From contig CAXVYR010000003.1 of assembly GCA_963666975.2 (NCBI GenBank), positions 1-64,000 of the forward strand: a stretch of 64,000 nt of DNA, in the 5' to 3' direction. Under the pieces are notes generated by a model. It searched no databases. It saw only the letters and a list, made by a program, of their open reading frames with translations, and had not been told where the DNA came from. Of the stretch, positions 1 to 10,293 are shown in pieces. Both the position numbers and the translations under genes were made by a program. Numbering within the stretch: the first letter of the stretch is position 1; every line of letters starts with the position of its first letter. This DNA comes from Terriglobia bacterium. GTDB taxonomy: Bacteria > Acidobacteriota > Terriglobia > 2-12-FULL-54-10.

Positions 1-1752
1 AAACGCTGCCCCCGACAACACGCCACGCGGACCACTGCCGCGAAAGAACCACGAAAAGAACGTCTCCGCGCTGCCATCGTCATCTTCGTCAATGGCCCCT
101 CGTTCTTCGGGAATCTTGGAAGGTTCACTCTCCGCTTCGTCGAGCGGTTTCTTCTGCTGTTGCTCGTCCGGGCGCCTGGCTCTCTCGCGCGCATATCGTT
201 CGAAAATCTCGTGGATCTTTGGCGCCAGGCCAGGAAGCACCGCCGTCATGCGATCGCAAAGCCAGCGATCGAAGTGGGCGTTCAGTTTTGCCGCCAGCTC
301 GTCGACCGTTCGAACACGACGAACGAACACCAACACTTTGTCGCCGGTTTCGAACACCGGCGCAAACGAGTCAGCGGTACTGTCAAGTTTCGGATGCGGC
401 AGCGTGCCGCCAAACTTGGTACGATACGACTCGACCATTGCCGCAATCGCTTTGGTATCGATACCTCGGCATTCATCGTCGGTGTCCCCTTGCTTGCCAT
501 CGAAGATCGAGGACGGTCCATCCTCATCGTCTGTGACAGTCGCTTCTTGAAGCCCAGCGGGGCGGTTGCTTCTCCCGATGGTTTCCAAGAAGCTCTCGAA
601 CGAGGAGAGCATGCCGATCTGAAAGCTGTTCTTGAACCGTTCGTCACGGAGGATCTCGGCCACCTTCTTCTGCATCAGCCCGACCACGAGGCGCTGCTTA
701 GGATCTGCGATGCGCATCGGCTCGTCGTGAACCCGGTAGCCACCCTGGCGCCACTCGCGTCGATACATGTTCTTCGTATAGAGCCGTCCGTTGATTCTCA
801 GACCAGCCACGCGCCGCACCATGAGCCGTCCGAGGATCTTTCGCTTTTCATCTTCGGACACGTCTGCACTGAGGAGGCGGTCAACGCTAACCGGGTCACT
901 ACCGTTCGAGTCCCAGAGCCTGGCCTTTCCGTAGCCGAGCACGTCCAGTTGACGTTGGATCGCGGCATAGTCACCTTCGAACGGTGTCGCCGAGAGGAGC
1001 AGCACGTGCTTTGCCTTGTGACGGTACCAGGAATACCCATTCGCCTTCCCTTCGGGATGGCCAAAGGCAAACCCCATCACCCGGTTTCGATTGCTGACGC
1101 TGAGGCCAAAGTCGTGTTTGAGGTTGTGGGCTTCGTCAATCACCAGGAGATCGACCGGTGGCATGGCTGCATTGATGGCGCAGCCGTAGGCATCACGGAA
1201 GGTCTCCGGCGTCTTGGCCGACAGGGTTCCTGATGGCAGCCATCTCACCCGTTTCTGCAGCTTCCGTCGCAAGCGGCGCCGGCTGTCGGGATCCTTGACT
1301 GCGAGGCTAAAGCTGGTCATGCGGAGAAAGAAATCGCGGTCTGCATTGAGTAGGGCTTCGGCGACGAAATCAACCAGCGAGTTACAGTACACCGGCTCCC
1401 AAGCCGGTTCGCCCTGTAGCGATTTCACGCGGTTACCCGTCAGCTGCCAGTTGAGACGGACGAAGTTCTTGAGCTCCTTGATCCACTTGCGCTGGATGTT
1501 CTCGCGTGGGGCAATGACCATGATGCGTGCGTGAGGATTTAAGTACCGCGTGAGCGCCATGACGCCGAGCGCCACGTAGGTCTTCCCCATCCCGACCTCG
1601 TCGGCCAGATAGGCACACCTGTTCCTCTCGAGCATGTTGAACAACGCCGCAGTCCCTTGTTGCTGCTGCTCGGCAAAGCCAAATCCGCGGGCCAACTCCG
1701 TCGGCGCGAAGTCGATCACTTCTCTGACGAACGAAGGTGTGACGGTGCTCAT
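1..1752 (-). CDS. SNF2-like superfamily 2 helicase, 5' part (runs off the left edge; not in ORF track)
   Basis: Manual translation from ATG at 1752 (ATGA overlap with the upstream stop): motif I AYLADEVGMGKT, motif II LLVIDEAHNLK (~1110-1150), motif III LLLSATPF (~975-1000). Confidence 0.9.
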   Translation of the reverse strand, partial: MSTVTPSFVREVIDFAPTELARGFGFAEQQQQGTAALFNMLERNRCAYLADEVGMGKTYVALGVMALTRYLNPHARIMVIAPRENIQRKWIKELKNFVRLNWQLTGNRVKSLQGEPAWEPVYCNSLVDFVAEALLNADRDFFLRMTSFSLAVKDPDSRRRLRRKLQKRVRWLPSGTLSAKTPETFRDAYGCAINAAMPPVDLLVIDEAHNLKHDFGLSVSNRNRVMGFAFGHPEGKANGYSWYRHKAKHVLLLSATPFEGDYAAIQRQLDVLGYGKARLWDSNGSDPVSVDRLLSADVSEDEKRKILGRLMVRRVAGLRINGRLYTKNMYRREWRQGGYRVHDEPMRIADPKQRLVVGLMQKKVAEILRDERFKNSFQIGMLSSFESFLETIGRSNRPAGLQEATVTDDEDGPSSIFDGKQGDTDDECRGIDTKAIAAMVESYRTKFGGTLPHPKLDSTADSFAPVFETGDKVLVFVRRVRTVDELAAKLNAHFDRWLCDRMTAVLPGLAPKIHEIFERYARERARRPDEQQQKKPLDEAESEPSKIPEERGAIDEDDDGSAETFFSWFFRGSGPRGVLSGAAF

Positions 1753-2952
1753 CGACGTGCCCTCACGTAAGATACTGGCTCTAGAAACTTTTCCTCGTAC
1801 CACTGCAGGAACTTGTCGGCATGGGCGTCGTCAAGCTCAATGGAATTTCGTAAGGTTGGCAGGTGATCAAGCAACTCGTCCAGGTGCTTGACGTGCTGCG
1901 CTCGCTGCCTGAAGAAGTCTGGATGCCGATTTTCCAACTCCTGACGCAGCTGCGTGGAACAGAGAAACGTCACGTAGGTGAGAATTGGATCGCCTTCTGG
2001 CCTGTCGAGCGTCTTCTGCAGCAGATTTGGGAGAGAATCATACTTGGCACCCAGCAACCGAGCCTCGGCTTCGTTGTCGCGACCATCCTCCAACGCCGTA
2101 TCGACGGCACGTTCGAGACAACCAAAGGCGTGATAGATGCCGGCAAACCGGTCAAAGAGCGTTTTGCGCAAATGCAGCCCGTCGACCGGTGCGACGGAAA
2201 TTCCCTCGAGTTGGTCGAGGATGCGGGCTTCTATAAACTGAGCGCGCTGGTGTGGAGTCAGAAGCGACCAGTATTCGAGGATCTCCTCAGGAGTCAGCTG
2301 CATCAGCAACGACGGGCGATGCCCCATATTTTCCTCCCGCACGAGGACGCGCCATGGCTGACCGCGATGCTCGACGAGGAGGAAACTGGTCGAAAGCAGC
2401 AGCTCCTCCAGGCGACTCGAGGCTTCAGCGCCGAGCGCCGTCCAGCGACCGAGCAGCGGCTCTTTCACCGTTGCCAGGGATTTCCCAGCCGTCGTCAGCA
2501 CCTTGAATCCATCCGCCGTTGATTCGTTGAGGCGATAGCTAAGCCGCTTCGTCCCCCAATCGAACTGAAGGCTGAGATCGAGCCCGACAACATCGAAACC
2601 CTCTGCTTCCGTGGACGTCGTCGATGCGAACCGGTCTGCGTCTCGGTTCAAGGGTTCCAACCACCAGCGCTGGTAATACCCCGCGTCGGTAATGTCGACA
2701 AAGAATGCAGCTTCCAGGTTACCGGCCGTACCGTGAGAATGGCCGGCTCTGGTGAGATTCGGTGAGCCAACGAGCAGGAGATCAGGGCCACCACGCTTCC
2801 ACATACGATATACCTTGGCGTGCACACGGCGCGGGGCGAGCCGCTCGGAGGTGTCATCTCGTCCGTGCTTGACGACCTCTTCCGGAAGGTAAGCCCATCG
2901 GGTCCCGTCCAACGCCGCGATTGCTTCGTATGTCGCTTTCGTGACCCGCGAA

Positions 2953-4401
2953 GAAGGTGTCCCAAACTCAGTTGCAGGTTGGAACGGCGGGTTGAGTTCA
3001 TATTACGCCACTTTCTCCTTGTGAGAGGAAGCAGCGTTTGGACTTCGGTCGAGAATCGAAGCCAAAGCCCAGAGATCGTGATAACCCATGATCTTCCGGA
3101 AATTCTTCTCGGTCAGCAGGAATGCTCCTGCCACCCAGCGCAACGTCATCTCACCGTCGCGCCAGCGGCAAACATTGCCAGTCTTTTTCCGTACGCCCGA
3201 CTGCGGACTCTCGATCAGGTTCGTGGTTGCCAGGCAGCGGTGGAGGCTGGGAGGAACGTCGGCTCGATTGATCGTAAAGGTCTCCTCCAACCCTTCGCGC
3301 AAGCTGGCGGCGGCGGCCGGATGATCGCACTCGATCATCCCAGCGAGCTTCTTTATGCGCACGATGCCTTCCTCGGCTTGGGGCAATCGCCAAGCGGCCC
3401 GCATCAGCGAGCGCACCTGGTTCGCCAGCATCTTGTCATCCTTCGGTAACCGCTCGGCCACGTTGCGCAGCTTATGGGTACGGCAACGCTGCACCAACTG
3501 ATTGCTGCCGAATACTTCCTCGATCCCCCCGCGGAGCGCTTTGGCGCCGTCGATCACAAACAGATAGCGCTAATCCGTGCGCAGACCTTGCTGGCGCAGG
3601 CGGGTGAGAAGGTCTTTCACCGCAGCGGCGTTTTCGGTCGCGCCCAGTTGAATCCCCAGCACATGTTTGCGGCCCTCGCTGTCCACGCCCACGGCGCTGA
3701 TGACGTGATGGGAGCCAAACCGCATTCCGTCCAGGTAAATCACCAGAATCTCGATGCTGTCCCAGCGCCGCGCCAACAGTTCTTCCAGCCGCCGCGCTCC
3801 TTGCTCGGCCGCTTCCCGGCTGACCTGAGACTTCGACACCCCAGCGCTGTTGGCCATCTTCTGGATCACCTCGCGGTAGTTCCGCGTCGAAACTCCTTTC
3901 CACAGTGCCTCGAACATCTCCTCGCCCGTCTTCTCGCTTTTCCGCAGTGCTTCGTAGGCCGGCACCGCTTCTTCCCCTCCGCCCTTCCGGCGCAGCCTCG
4001 GCCGCTCCACCCGCAGCTGGCGATCGGCCAGTTTCACCCTCCCCAATTGCCGGCCATGCCAGCGCACCTCTCCGCTCGCCTTCCCGGGACTCTTTGGCCC
4101 CGCGATTTGCTCTGCGCTCATGCTCAGAATCGTTTCAATCAAACCTCGCCCGGCCCGATCAATCACCTCATCCACCGCCAGACGCGCCTCCGTGATCAGA
4201 TCCACCACCGGCAACAGCATCTGTCCGTTGGTTTGGCAAAACTTCTGGATGGTTTCTTCGGCTCCCTTGGAACCCAGTTCCAAAACGTGATATTTTCCCT
4301 TCATTCGGCGGTTCTCCTTCTATAGGATTTAGGCTTGGCCCGATTCTATTCGATTCGGGCCGAACCGCCGTTCAACCTTCAACTATGTATGGGACACCCT
4401 C
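2953..4401 (-). mobile_element. IS256-family element, copy 1
   Basis: Terminal IRs GAAGGTGTCCC/GAGGGTGTCCC; 8-bp target duplication CCCGCGAA at 2945-2952 and 4402-4409. Confidence 0.92.
3003..4304 (-). pseudogene. IS256 (mutator-type) transposase with nonsense mutation
   Basis: IYLDG, FVIDG and QRCRTHKLRN motifs; TAG at 3570-3572 where copy 2 has CAG. Confidence 0.9.
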
Positions 4402-5286
4402 CCCGCGAAGCACCATTTAGCTCAGTGGGCAGATAGACGCGAATCTCCCGAGGCCGCAGGGCATCGGCCAGATCGCGAAGCGGACCCTCATCCTGTGCAT
4501 CAAAGTACGGTGAGATGACCTCCAGATTCAGGTCTTGTCTGTCGAGGTAGAGCTGCCGCAACCAATCGGAGAGCGTCTTCTGGCTCTGTCCTCCAAAGAT
4601 GCGGGGGTGATACGTGCCGCCGGACTTGTTCTTCCCAAACGAGTCACGTTGGGTCCGGCGCAGTAGAAACGCATTGATCTCGTCGAGGGCTGATTGGTCA
4701 TCGGCATCGGCTGCTGACCGCCGAACTCGTCGGATCAGCGACAGCAGGTCGAGTCGGAACGAGCACCGCTCGTCATTGATGTCCCGGTCCTTAATCTCCT
4801 CGATGTGCGCACATTCAACGTTTTCCCACCACCCAGCTCGCGTGAGATTGGCTGACAGGATTCCGACGACGAGGGCCTGTCGCGAGGGCTCAGCATCACT
4901 CCCATCGTCAGCTGCTTCCCCGCCAGCCTCGTGGTGCTCGTCGACCAGCAGCAAGATCACCTTCGGGTGGAAATAGCCGGTGCGTCGACTGACATCGAGT
5001 CGTCGATAGTCCAGCTGTGCCGGTTCTCCGTCCTGTGCCAGCGCACGGCGGTCGTAGTATACGGCCAGGTGGTCGACGGTTCGAAGCGCGTCCTCGAGCT
5101 GCACGCGCCGCACTTTATCCGGCTGGCTGAACGGTTGGTCGAACAAAACCGGAAGGATATTGAGCTCGAAGAACCCGGGGTCGAAGCTGAACGTCGTGAA
5201 CACCACGCTTCGCACACGTCGGCCGTCGATGGCCTCAGCCACCTGCTCCGTGAGCACCTTCATCGGGATGACGGTCGATGGCATTG

Positions 5287-6564
5287 TCAATGCTTCAACT
5301 GCTGCGTGACGTCCTTCAGCGCATCAATGAAGTAGCTATTCATCCACAGGTACGGGAGTTTGTCTTTGGCCGGCAGCAACTGCTCCGTCCCACGGTATCG
5401 GACGTCGAGCCGTCGCCCGTCCCCAATCCGTGCCCAGGGAGCGCCCCCGCGTATTTGCATGATGGCCTCGTTCCAAGACAGGACTCCGTCGAGGGCGGTT
5501 TCGAAATCCCCTGCGTGCAGGGCCGCGTGAACCTGGTCCATCAAGGATCCAACGGCATCGGTCGAGGTCGATTGGATCTCGCTCAGCAACTCCTCAAAAG
5601 CTGCCCTGTCAAGATTCGGTACCTTCGAGCCCCACATGCGACGTATTTCCTCCGCGACGTTGGTGACCTGCTGCCCATGACGCGCGAGCAGGTGCTGAAA
5701 CAGTGCCGCCGTTGGGGCCAGGAAGGCTTCCAGGTGCGCGATCCGGTCTAGCGACACGGATAGACCCTCATCCTGTCGCCGGGCTCGCTTTGCCAGGTGG
5801 AGAATTTCGGCTCGTCCGGCCAATTCTCCGAGCTCGGTGTCCGATTCCAACAGCCGTCGAAAACGTTCTTGACGACCCTCGTCGGCACCGGACACGTAGT
5901 GGCCATCCCGGAGATATGTGCCGTAGAACTCCAGCTCGTCGGAAGTGAATCGAGGGTTGAGGATCGGGGTGAAAGCGGCAAAGACGGGATCCCGGTCGTT
6001 GGTACGAAGTCTCCCTCCTTGGGTGAGAAGCTTCCTGAGCTTCCCGGCTGAGCCGTTCAATCTGCTGATGTAGTGGCGCTCGATGAACTCGCGCCCGGCA
6101 GGCATGACGTCGAGTGCATCCTGTGGAATCAAACCGGACGTTCGCGCGGGTACCGAGTACAAGCCCCACAAGCCATAGATCTTCTGATCGGACAAGATCA
6201 TGCCCCGTCGGTCGGCGGCAATGACCACGTTCCCGTGCTGTTCGTCCGTAAACCGCTGCACACGCTCAATGCCACGAATCTCCCCTTTGACACCGTGCGC
6301 CACATGCCGCACATACGCGCCGACCTGTTCCATCCGCAGGAAGATGTCGAGCGCATCTTCCCGATTTGCCATCCCCCGATCGAGGAGATCTGCCGCGAAG
6401 TAACGGCCGAGCAGGAGGACCGTGAAGCCACGGATCGATGTGCTCTGTGTCGTAAGGTTGGTGACGACGTGCCGACCGAACGCCGACCAGATGGGTTGGA
6501 CGCCTAACGGATCACGGGAACCCTTGATCTTGGCGTTGGGGTCTTCAAGGGTAAGGAACGGCAC
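5287..6564 (-). CDS. Hypothetical protein, first gene of the PLD-helicase operon (DUF6361/ZacA-like N-terminus)
   Basis: 425-aa ORF with N-terminal GSRDPLG...LTTQSTSIRGF motif; stop abuts the PLD start. Confidence 0.7.
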   Translation of the reverse strand: MPFLTLEDPNAKIKGSRDPLGVQPIWSAFGRHVVTNLTTQSTSIRGFTVLLLGRYFAADLLDRGMANREDALDIFLRMEQVGAYVRHVAHGVKGEIRGIERVQRFTDEQHGNVVIAADRRGMILSDQKIYGLWGLYSVPARTSGLIPQDALDVMPAGREFIERHYISRLNGSAGKLRKLLTQGGRLRTNDRDPVFAAFTPILNPRFTSDELEFYGTYLRDGHYVSGADEGRQERFRRLLESDTELGELAGRAEILHLAKRARRQDEGLSVSLDRIAHLEAFLAPTAALFQHLLARHGQQVTNVAEEIRRMWGSKVPNLDRAAFEELLSEIQSTSTDAVGSLMDQVHAALHAGDFETALDGVLSWNEAIMQIRGGAPWARIGDGRRLDVRYRGTEQLLPAKDKLPYLWMNSYFIDALKDVTQQLKH

Positions 6565-6629
6565 GGCAGGAATTGTACGTCATCAGACCAATCCGGATCA
6601 ATGACCTCGTTTCGCAAAAAACTTGCCAC

Positions 6630-6750
6630 TGGTTATCCGCTCGGGTCGGGCGAGGATCGCCGGCCGTCGGCCCTCATAGAGCTCATCCGGTGTCACGTTC
6701 CCCAATGCTTCGTGCAACCTCCGGTGGTTGTAGTCAGGGACGAACCTAAA
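6630..6750 (-). pseudogene. DDE transposase C-terminal remnant (IS3/IS481-like)
   Basis: [23 protein letters not shown], typical of the end of an integrase-core transposase. Confidence 0.6.
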
Positions 6751-7845
6751 AAGCATTTCCAGCATAAAGCTGCACCGGGAACTTGAAATCACCCAAAAAT
6801 CAGCATAGCACTTGGCACACCGGATTCGCCGAGCATGGAAGGCGGGATCGGACACCCTGACCAGACCGAGGTTTTGTACCAAGCGTTGTGAGAGAGTTTA
6901 CCCCGCATTTCCAGTTTGAAATTGTAGAAGCAACTCTCGACTAACCTCCAACATCAATATTGATGCTGGTTCCAGCATCAACATTGCCTTCCGGAGGTGT
7001 ACACCCAATGGGTGAGAACCAAAAACAGGCGTTTCAACTGTCGTTTAACCGCTTTCTGCGGGTCGCATTTCACGGATCACGGGTCACTTCCGACGGAGGT
7101 CTGATTCTGGTGCGGGAGCTGGATGAACGGTTGGGATTCGGCAAACTCATCGAACAACACCTGACGGACACTCGGGCAAAGAACACTCGGTTGCCCCTCA
7201 CGGACCTTCTACGGCAGTCCGTGTACAGTCGCTTGGCTGGATACGAGGATGTGAACGATGCCGAGCATCTCTCCCAAGATCCGACGTTCCGGCTGATCGG
7301 TTCCGAGAAGAATTGGGATCGAGGGGCAGCCCTGCCATCCCGGTTGCAAACCTTCGAGACGGAGTTGCTGGCTGAAGAGGAGAACTTCGCGGGGCTGGCA
7401 CGGCTGAACCGGGAACTGATCGGCAAGGCAGAGGTGTTGGGTTCGCCGTACCGAAAGGTGTTGGATATGGATTCGACCGAGATTCCGGTCTACGGCGAAC
7501 AGGAGCAGAGCGCCTACAACGGGCACTTTGAGTCCACCTGTTACCATCCCCTATTGCTGTTCAACCGCGAGGGCGACTGTCTGGCAGTCAAGCTCCGTGC
7601 CGGCAATGTTCACAGCGCGGAGAGTTGGGAAGAGTTGCTGCTGCCGGAGATTGAACGCCAGCAACGGATGGGGAACGAAATTGTGTTTCGGGCTGACGCG
7701 GCCTTTGCCAAGCCAGAGGTTTACGAAGCTCTGGAGGAACGCGGCGTGAAGTATGCCATGCGCATCCCGGCCAACGACAGCCTACAGCGGGACATTGAGG
7801 AGTTGCTGACTCGGCCGGTGGGTAGACCGAGCAAGAAGCCGTTAG

Positions 7846-9506
7846 CCCGCATTTCCAGTTTGAAATCGTAGAAGCAACCTTCTGCTAACCTCCAACATCA
7901 ATATTGATGCTGGTTCGAGCAGCAACATTCCCTTCCGGAGGTTCACACCGAATGGGTGAGAGACAAAATCAGCCATTTCAACTCACTTTTAATGCCTCGT
8001 TGAAGGTCGCTTTCCACGGATCGAGGGTCACCTCCAACGGAGGGTTGATTCTGGTGCGGGAGTTGGACGAACGATTGGGATTCGGTGAACTCATCAAGCA
8101 GCACCTAGCCGATCCTCGGGGGAAGAACACACGGTTGCCCCTCGCGGACCTGCTACGGCAGTCGGTGTACAGTCGCTTGGCTGGATACGAGGATGTGAAC
8201 GATGCCGAGCAACTCTCACGAGATCCGACCTTCCGGCTGATCGGTTCCGAGAAGAATTGGGATCGAGGGGCAGCACTGCCGTCCCGGTTGCAAACCTTCG
8301 AGACGGAGTTGCTGGCTGAGGAGGAGAACTTCGCGGGGCTGGCACGGGTGAACCGGGAGCTGATCGGCAAAGTAGAACCGCTAGGTTCGCCGTACCGAAC
8401 CGTGCTGGACATGGATTCGACTGAGATCCCGGTTTACGGCGAGCAGGAACAGAGCGCCTATAATGGGCACTTCGAGTCTACCTGCTATCACCCGTTGTTG
8501 CTGTTCAATCGCGAGGGTGACTGTTTGGCGGCCAAGCTGCGACCCGGTAACGTCCACAGCGCCGATGACTGGGAAGAACTTCTCCTGCCGGAGATCGAGC
8601 GGCAGCAGAAGCTGTGCAAGGAAGTGGTGTTTCGTGCCGACGCGGCCTTTGCCAAGCCGGAGGTTTACGAAGCGTTGGAGGAGCGGGGTGTGAAGTATGC
8701 CATCCGCATCCCTTCCAACGAGAACCTCCAGCGGGACATCGAGGAGTTGCTGAAACTTCCGGTAGGAAGGCCGGGCCAGAAGCCGTTGGTGGAGTACAAG
8801 GGGTTTCTGTACCAAGCCGAGAGTTGGAAGACGGCCCGACGGGTGGTAGCCAAGGTAGAACATCATCCGGGGGAGTTGTTCCCGCGAGTGGGGTTCATTG
8901 TGACGAATCTGACGCTTCCGAGTCGAGCGGTGGTGCGGTTCTATAATAAGCGCGGGACGGCAGAGCAGTGGATCAAGGAGGGCAAGCAGGCAGTGAAGAT
9001 GACGCGGCTCAGTTGCCATCGGTTCCGCTCCAACGAGGTACGGCTGTGGCTGACCATCATTGCCTATAGTCTGGGAAATCTTTGGCGGCGGCTGGTGGTG
9101 CCACAGAGAATCGGGAACTGGTCCTTGACGAGCCTCCAGCAGCGGCTGGTGAAAACCGGAGGACGCCTGATTAAGCATGCCCGCTACTATTGGCTATTGC
9201 TGGCAGAGAGCCACCTGACGAGACGTTTATTTGCTAGCATGCTGGGGCGAATAGATGGGCTGTCGCTTCCGTCGGGATAGCCCAGCCTGCGGCGCACCCA
9301 AGAAAATGATTCCGATATCCCCCAGGCATGGAGAGGTGTCTGCAAAAGCTGGTTCTGGAAGCCGAGGCGATGGGTTTTGGGGACTCGGAAAGAGCGGCTG
9401 GAAGCCGCTAGCAGTATCTCGGAGAAAATATTTGTCTGGAAGGGCTCAGTTGAAGGCCAACGGATGTATACTCACGAGTCGGATGGGCCAAAAAACTAAT
9501 TCCGGG
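7846..9506 (+). mobile_element. IS1380-family element (inner copy)
   Basis: Same left end CCCGCATTTCCAGTTTG, right end AATTCCGGG, flanked by duplicated TTAG (7842-7845 and 9507-9510). Confidence 0.92.
7952..9280 (+). CDS. IS1380-family DDE transposase (intact)
   Basis: VTSNGGLILVRELDERLG, LDMDST, FRADAAF and RGTAEQWIKEGK motifs. Confidence 0.92.
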   Translation: MGERQNQPFQLTFNASLKVAFHGSRVTSNGGLILVRELDERLGFGELIKQHLADPRGKNTRLPLADLLRQSVYSRLAGYEDVNDAEQLSRDPTFRLIGSEKNWDRGAALPSRLQTFETELLAEEENFAGLARVNRELIGKVEPLGSPYRTVLDMDSTEIPVYGEQEQSAYNGHFESTCYHPLLLFNREGDCLAAKLRPGNVHSADDWEELLLPEIERQQKLCKEVVFRADAAFAKPEVYEALEERGVKYAIRIPSNENLQRDIEELLKLPVGRPGQKPLVEYKGFLYQAESWKTARRVVAKVEHHPGELFPRVGFIVTNLTLPSRAVVRFYNKRGTAEQWIKEGKQAVKMTRLSCHRFRSNEVRLWLTIIAYSLGNLWRRLVVPQRIGNWSLTSLQQRLVKTGGRLIKHARYYWLLLAESHLTRRLFASMLGRIDGLSLPSG

Positions 9507-10293
9507 TTAGTGGAATTCAAGGGCTTTCTATACCAAGCGGCCAGTTGGAAGACAGCACGCAGGGTGGTGGCCAAGGTGGAGCATCACCCAGGGGAGCTGT
9601 TCCCGCGAGTAGGATTCATTGTGACGAACTTGACGCTTCCGAGTCGGGTGGTGGTGCGGTTTTACAACAAGCGCGGTACAGCGGAGCAGTGGATCAAAGA
9701 AGGAAAGCAAGCGGTGAAGATGACGCGGCTCATCTGCCACAGGTTCCGATCCAACGAGGTTCGGCTGTGGCTGACCATCATTGCCTATAGTCTGGGAAAT
9801 CTTTGGCGGCGGCTGGTGGTGCCACAGAGAATCGGGAACTGGTCCTTGACGAGCCTCCAGCAGCGATTGGTCAAAACCGGAGGACGCCTGATTAAACATG
9901 CCCGCTATTATTGGTTGTTGTTAGCGGAGAGCCACCTGACTCGGCGGCTGTTTGCCAGCATGCTGGGGCGGATAGATGGGCTGTCGCTTCCGTCTGGATA
10001 GCCTAGCCTGCGACACCTTAGAAACCGATTCCGATATCCCACAGGAATGGAGAGGTGTTTGAAAAAGCTGGTTCTGGAAGCCGGGCCGAGAGTTCTTGGG
10101 GACGCGAAAAGGGCGGCTGGGAGCCGATGGCCCTCTCGGAGGAAAAATTGTGCTCGGTAGGATGCAAATGGATGTACACTTTTAACCGCCGGGAGGCCAA
10201 AAAGTTAATTCCGGATTAGGGGTTGCGGCAGCGTGTGGCGACTTCAAACTTTAACATCGTGCTGGAGAAGTGCGACGCGAGGAGAATACGGTC

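Larger units (their letters stand above)
1749..5284 (-). pseudogene. Double-HKD phospholipase D-family nuclease, split by IS256
   Basis: 5' half has FHPKVILL...ILSANLT and 3' half has VHAKVY...LVGSPNLT. Removing the IS and one target copy joins them in frame (LNGASR-VTKATYEAIAALDGTRW), about 692 aa. Confidence 0.9.
6902..10215 (+). mobile_element. IS1380-family element (outer copy), interrupted by a second IS1380
   Basis: Starts CCCGCATTTCCAGTTTG, ends AATTCCGGA. Transposase 7008-7845 continues at 9511-10001 (KPL-VEFKG in frame). Confidence 0.9.

Noticed and set aside
160-1233. 357-aa plus-strand ORF
   Set aside because: Antisense shadow of the helicase, which carries clear motifs on the minus strand
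1-6564. DISARM or BREX assignment
   Set aside because: No methyltransferase, DUF1998 or PglZ gene visible, although the operon continues beyond the left edge
9255-10001. 248-aa ORF as a separate gene
   Set aside because: It is the displaced 3' part of the outer IS1380 transposase fused to non-coding IS end sequence
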